A DNA stretch of 64,000 bases from the human T2T-CHM13v2.0 reference genome, Homo sapiens, in NCBI RefSeq assembly GCF_009914755.1, contig NC_060937.1; one strand, given 5' to 3'. Positions 57,915 to 64,000 of the stretch are shown here, in pieces. Each line of letters starts with the position of its first letter. Within the stretch, counting starts at the first letter, position 1. The notes beneath the pieces are model-generated. The model was given only the letters and a program-made list of their open reading frames with translations, was not told the origin of the DNA and made no database searches. Position numbers and translations under genes: made by a program.

Positions 57915-58282
57915 AATAAAAGGTTACAATTTAATGTGGCATCATGACATTTACAAAATTGTGAAATCATCACTACACATTAGGTTAGATAATTTTCATC
58001 TTCCTAAGAAGAGATCCTATACCTACTAGCTGGGGCCCAATATCTCTTTTCCCCAACTCACTGACTCCTTCAGTCCTTGGCAACTACGATTCTACTTTCT
58101 ATTTCAGTAGATTTTCCTATTCTGGACCTTTTATAAAAATTGAAATATACAACACATGGTCTTTTATGACTATATTATTTTCCACAGAAAAAATGTTATG
58201 ACATCTTGATATATATATACCACAGTTTCCTTAATCAATCCACTGTTGATGGGCACTTAGATTGATTCCATGTCTTTGTTGT
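57915..58282 (-). mobile_element. L1M 3' fragments
   Basis: ccttggcaactac.attctactttct, ttcctattctggac, ccactgttgatgggcacttagattgattccatgtcttt. Confidence 0.65.
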
Positions 58283-59751
58283 ATAAATCTTTTGCACTTT
58301 TAAAATAGTTTTTAATATATATATTATATATTATATATATAGGTACTAAAATTGACAAAATTCAACACAGGAAATTAAACTCTTACCCAGAAAGAACATA
58401 AGCTGGGTAAAATTTTCCCAAGCCAAAAACTGAGACACAATTTGAGAGGATTCCTGTGTATTAATAATGACTGCAGATCACAGATTCCATAATGATTACA
58501 TTAAAGTATGACATCACTATATGGATTAACCATGTTCTCAGCAACTTTACCTTTTCCTAGAAAGCCCCAATATAAATAGTACTTTTAAGGGTTAAAATGA
58601 GCTCTTCAATCACTTTCTTCTTTCCTAAGCAGAAACATTATGTAATAACATCAGAAATCCGTCCACTTGATTTCACATTTCATCTATCTATTCTGTCTTT
58701 CTAATTAAATACCCTAACCTCCTTAATACCCTAACAACTCAATAGTCTTTCTCCTCATTTCATTGTCTTCTGTGATTAAAAACAACAATGACAACAGCAA
58801 CAAAACACCTAGGTGAACATACTCTTCTGTTGTTTCTCTGCTTGCACTCAAGCAGCTGAGTTCTCTGGGAATAAATCATAATGTGTGAAAACAGGTACTA
58901 CTATTAATTCATCATCACTCACATAAAAATGGCAAAAGAGCAATCCATAAAAACCAATTTTCTTCGTTCTTTCTTCCTTTCATAGTCCCATGAATAAACT
59001 CCCTAACACACCTTTAAGTTGACATATGAAATTTTTATACTTTTATTAAATTGCAAAGATGTAATTTTTGCCATATTGTATATCATATAAATTCTTTAAT
59101 GAAATTTAAATAAGATTTCATTAAAACTTCAGAGCAGCATATTTTTCTTGTTTCATGTATGTAAAATGTCTGTTATGTAAACGAATTGGCAAGGCCAGAC
59201 TCCATAGTCAAACCAATCAGCTACATCAGGCCTACTTTCTGTCAGAAAGTGTCTTACATCATTTTTCAATTTGAATAGAAACATTAATACATGCCCTCAT
59301 GACAAACACATTACTTTTGAAATTTGACTCTAATATAACTATCAACTAGCTAAAGCATGAAGACTTGCCATGATTTTGTCATTTTTATGTAATCAATTAC
59401 TGTCCCCTTTAATATTTCTTGCTTAGCCTCTATGGGGGATATATTTTAGAATCAAATTGACTCTTTGTCATCCTAGAAGGATCCAGAAATGCATTATGTT
59501 GTTAATAATTGAAATGTTTTGTGTGTTTGTGGAGAAAAATGGATGATTGTGAAAGAGGTAGAAAAGCAGAACTGAAAAACTCTCTTCAGACATTACTCCT
59601 CTAGGAAAGAGTGCATTTTGGAAAATGAGATACTGAAAATATCTCAACCAATCTGCTGCCTTAATAGTCTTAGATTTATCTTTATACACATACTTTGGAG
59701 ATCACAGCAATTCTACCACATTCCTTTGTTGATAAATTTGTTGATACGCCT

Positions 59752-60209
59752 TGCGAACCCCAAAAATTTGAGACAGGTCTCAGTTAATTTAAAAAGCTTA
59801 TTTTGCCTAGGTTGAGGACACGCCCACAACACACCCCCAGGATGTCCTGATGACATGTGCCCAAGGTCGTGAGGGCACAGATGGTTTTATACATTTAGGA
59901 AGACATAAGACATCAATCAATATATACAAGAAGTACATTGGTTCGGTCTGGAAAGGTGAGACAACTTGATGCAAAGGCAGGAAGAAGACTCAAAATGGGG
60001 AGAGAGCTTCCAGGTCACAGATAGGTGATACATAAATAGTTCTTTTGAGTTTCTTATTAGCCTTTCCAAAGCAGACAAATCAGATATCCATCTATCTCAG
60101 TGAGCAGAGGAGTGGCTTTGAATAGAATGGGAGGCAGGTCTGCCCTAAGCAATTTCCAGCTGGAGTTTTCCTTAGTGATCTTGGGGGCCCAAGATATTTT
60201 CCTTTCACA
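59752..60209 (-). mobile_element. MER4A1 ERV1 solo LTR
   Basis: gagacaggtctcagttaattta, gtcctgatgacatgtgcccaagg, gaatagaatgggaggcagg, ends ttttcctttcaca. Flanks GCCT/ACCT form a 4-bp TSD with one mismatch. Confidence 0.9.
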
Positions 60210-60270
60210 ACCTGCAATAATTTTTCTGAGGCTCTGCTATCCTCAAACCTTGTCATCAATGGTGACTCCT

Positions 60271-60335
60271 TTTCTTCTTCTTTTTTTTAATTTTTATTTT
60301 TTTGAGACAGGATCCTGCTCTGAAGCCCAGGTTGG
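60271..60335 (-). mobile_element. Short Alu 3' fragment
   Basis: T-tract followed by gagacagg...tgctctg..gcccaggttgg. Confidence 0.6.
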
Positions 60336-60440
60336 CAGTTGATGCTTTTCCATGTAACTTTTAGTCAATTTTTTAAACATTTATTTTTTAATAAACTTAA
60401 TACGTTTAATGAAATATTGTGTTGTGTAGGAATTGCAGGG

Positions 60441-60751
60441 GTTTTGTTTGTTTGTTTGTTTGTTTTTTGAGATGGAGTCTTGTTCTGTTACCCAGGCTAG
60501 AGTGCAATGGCATGATCTCAACTCACTGAAACCTCCAGCTTCCGGATTCAAGTGATTTTCCTGCCTCAGACTCCCAAGTAGCTGGGAATTACAGGCATGC
60601 GCCACCACGCCTGGCTAATTTTTGTATTTTTAGTAGAGACAGGGTTTCACCATGTTGGCCAGGCTGATCTCCAACTTCTGACATCAGGTGATCTGCCTGC
60701 CTCAGCCTCCCAAAGTGCTGGGATTACAGGGGTGAGCCAGCATGCCCGGCC
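60441..60751 (-). mobile_element. AluS with (GTTT)n tail
   Basis: Full dimer. TSD gaattgcag at 60430-60438 and 60753-60761. Confidence 0.95.
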
Positions 60752-61574
60752 AGAATTGCAGTTTTTAACTATTATCTTTCAATATTTTTTGTCTTATTTG
60801 CCATGAATTATTTTATAATTCAACATTGAAAATAAATCCTTTTATTCTAATTCGTAAATTTTGGAGAATTGCATATCTCTCTTATATCCATAAAAAATCA
60901 AAATATTATTTAATTGCATTTTACAGTTTCATAAATGCCTTGAGGAACATCATCTCCCTTTTGGGAAGTTATGCCAAGAAATCCTTGCATGACATTGTTT
61001 TATAAAGGAAAAGACTGAGATATCCAGTACTAAATGAGGTATTAGATAATGCTTTGAGGGAAAGTGGAATTAAATTCACACAGATCAGACTCCTTCTCTT
61101 TCTGTGGAAGCACATCCAAAACTTTTATCCATTGTCAAAAAAAAGGCATTTCACAGTATATATTCCAAACGTAATTAAAAGTATTGGAGGACAGGTGAAA
61201 TTTATTGGCCAGAATTGGAATTTTATTGATTTATTGAATCAAACTGATGGATTAGGAAACTCCAAGACTCTATAAGTATAAAGTATTTAATAAGACACGT
61301 TAAATAAAATCCTGATAAAAATTTATATAAGCAAAATAGCAAATTTAGTGATCTAGTGACAAATTATCAGGTATATCAGTGACTGAGAAAATAAAGATTT
61401 CATTAAATCTAAGCTTGGAATCATCTTAGTTACTTCAAGGGAAATATTTGATGTATATTACATGACATATATATGAAATGTGCATATGCATTTTTATTGC
61501 TGACTTGCAAACCTCTTCCTGTAAACTTACAAACTATTCCCAGTGGGAAATAGTTTAGTTAGACTAAGACATCA

Positions 61575-62095
61575 GATAAGTGCAAGAGACATAAAGTAAG
61601 AGTGGCTTAAAAAATGGCAGGTAGATTTGATTATTACACATTGTAGGCCTGTCTAAAAACATCATGTATACTTTATACATATATACAACTATTATGAACC
61701 CATAACATTAAAAAAATTGAAAAACAAATTTTTAAAAAGAAAAATTATTTCTCTGTCATGTAAAAGTTGGAGCTTGTCAGGCATGCTATTTCAAAAAGTT
61801 ACCTGGAGTCCAGCTCCTTGTGTATTATGGCCACACAATCTCTATGGAATGTTTTCATTCATACACTCACAGACAACTCACGACCCGGTGTTTACAGCAG
61901 ACGCTGAGAGGTGAAAAGAGAAAATAAATGACATAGACCCACCTTCTAAGGAAACAACCAGGAAATTGTACACATTAATTCCGCCTATATTCTTTGCCAG
62001 AATATACCCATACCTGGCTGCAAAACGAACACAAATAACTGGAGTATATCATCTGTATTCTAGCTAGGTGTGAGCCCAGTATAAATTCACACTAT
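61575..62095 (-). mobile_element. Old MLT1 (J/K-like) LTR, interrupted by an L1 tail
   Basis: agtggcttaaa, tatttctct, ccagctcc, cctatattctttgccagaa, cctggctgcaa. Confidence 0.45.
61625..61743 (+). mobile_element. L1MA extreme 3' end
   Basis: tgattattacacattgtaggcctgt...atatatacaactattatg..cccata plus an A-rich tail. Confidence 0.7.
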
Positions 62096-62659
62096 GAAAA
62101 TGGCGAAAAAAAGAAATTGGCATGTACAACTTTCAGAATTTGCAATTTGGGAGGTACGAGATTAACTAAAAATGTCAAAATTAGCAAGTCAAAGTCAGAT
62201 CTTAAATATATGTAGGTACTATTTTGTATGCTTATTTACATTTTTATTTCTAAAGGGGCAGTATACTTCACTAAAAACTTTCCAAACATAAATACCAAAC
62301 ATTAAGAAGTAGAAATGCTTTCATTTCACTGAAAAATTTCTCATGTAGATACGTTTTATTTTCTGTAACTGCAGGTATAATTTTAAATGATAATATAAGT
62401 CCTCTAATGCTTGCCAGAAAAAAAATTTTAATAGGACTTCTATATTTATATTAAAGGATTGTACAAATGGTAATAAAGACTTAAAATTTGATAAATGAAT
62501 GGTTTTGACATAGAATGTCACACAAGAAGATTAAATAATATTATTGCTTTTTTCATTGAATAAATGGTTGTAAAAAAGTATTTGTACTCAAGTGTTTTCT
62601 ACCCAATAAACTATAATATCTCCTGGAAAAATATTCAGTGCCTTGCCACTATTAAACAT

Positions 62660-63190
62660 CAATCAATTTCTTTTAATATGGCTGGTATATTGGAACATAT
62701 TAGTAGACAGGCAAATAATTGTTGCTTTCATAAAGACTGTATTCTGTTGGGAGACACTTGAATCTAATTATGCACAAATCATAATAAATGCATGATTACC
62801 AACTGAGATTTTTGACTATTAAAGAAACCATTCATGTAAATGAAAATAAATAAATCTTAATTAGGATAGGGATTGGGGTAGGGCTTTAGCGGCTATTCTG
62901 TAGAAATAACTGTTTATTTTAGATTTGAAAGGTAAGTAATTTTAAAGAGGCTCGAGAAGAATACAATGAAAAGAAGAAACAGCATGGACTCTTCTACAAG
63001 GAGGGAAGGAACATGAGAGATTTGTGAAACTGAGAAACCAACCAGCATTTAGAAATTAATGGAAGGTGCAGTGTGAGATGAATATGAAGTTGTTGGCAGA
63101 GACAAGATCACTCTAGGTCATAAAACCCACCATGTCAGCTATTTTTATATTAATCCTAAGAGAAATGTGATTTAATCACAGAGGCAGCAC
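62660..63190 (-). mobile_element. L2 LINE fragment
   Basis: Purine-rich degenerate L2 pattern (gaaacagcat..., gaaactgagaa, tgagatg...gttggcagagacaagatca). Confidence 0.5.
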
Positions 63191-63400
63191 ATACAGGGGT
63201 TAAAATCATAGATTCTGAAATCCCAGCTCTGCTATTTACTAGCTGTGTGACCTTCATAACTTCCTCCTGACAGTTTTTTTTCTCTGAAATGAGAATAACA
63301 TATTATCTGCTTCTTAGAGTTCTTATGGGTATAATTGAATTTATAATCTTAAAGTATTTAAAACACTGCCAAGATCATAATAAATGCCAGGTAAGAATTT
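63190..63400 (+). mobile_element. MIR
   Basis: aatcccagctctgctatttactagctgtgtgacctt...ctgaaatgagaataac. Confidence 0.8.
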
Positions 63401-64000
63401 GATAAATGTGCATTTGAAAATGTAAAACACGAGAGGCTAAAATGAAAACCTAGTATTTAAGAAGTTAATTTTGCAGCCTAGTTTAGAGAAGCTGATAACC
63501 AAGGACTCCTAGTTTTCTGACTTTCAGAGACTCTGTTCTTGTTTCTAAATGCTAAGATTACCTGAGAGAAGCCACTTTGCAATGTGTATGCTTCCCATTG
63601 ACGTTTGTCACCATGCTTCACCTCCAAATTGGGACCATGAGTCCAGCCTTTGCTCTTCTCCACGAACTGAATTATGCATAGGGCTTCCATTCTACTCATC
63701 CCAGGAAGAAACAGTCCCCATAGGATGTCTTCCCTGTGGAACTAATTATGGTTATTAATTGTATGCAAAATTAAACTGTAAAGTGGAGTAAAAGCTTTGT
63801 GCAGAAGCATAATATTTAATTGAGTGCTAATTCTATTGTGATTATTTTAAATAATAGGAGCGTGGTAGTTAAAAAAAATGTATAGCAATGGTTTGCTGGA
63901 CAGCTAAAAAAAACCCTGTAAAAAAAAAACCTGTCCAGGTTTTTTACCTGGACAGGTAAAAAACCCTGCATATGATCACAAATGCCAAGGTATTCAAAAG

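Overview
This looks like AT-rich, gene-poor primate (catarrhine/human-like) genomic DNA, either intergenic or deep intronic. I find no credible protein-coding gene, RNA gene or CRISPR array. Most of the longer ORFs lie in Alu, L1, MaLR or ERV remnants; the rest are short chance ORFs. Roughly half the window is recognisable interspersed repeat: about 11 Alus plus FLAMs, several L1M/L1PA fragments, MIR/L2, three DNA transposons (Tigger3, MER58A, MER2), five ERV1-class solo LTRs, an LTR16C+ERV3-16A3 remnant, a MER21 LTR and many ERVL-MaLR pieces, including a complete two-LTR THE1D element with CCACT target-site duplications. The most unusual object is at 36401-38621: a THE1C element with both LTRs and a matching GCAAC TSD. 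Its internal region has been largely replaced by co-oriented HERV-L sequence (integrase C-terminus, dUTPase and an internal piece of the MLT2A LTR), joined at three 7-8 nt microhomologies. It is a candidate MaLR/ERV-L recombinant. Smaller oddities are a nested-palindrome/direct-repeat structure at 63896-63970, a perfect 22-bp palindrome at 53548-53569 and three motif- or CpG-rich non-repeat patches. All subfamily names come from my recall of consensus sequences, not from a database run, and boundaries of old elements are approximate.
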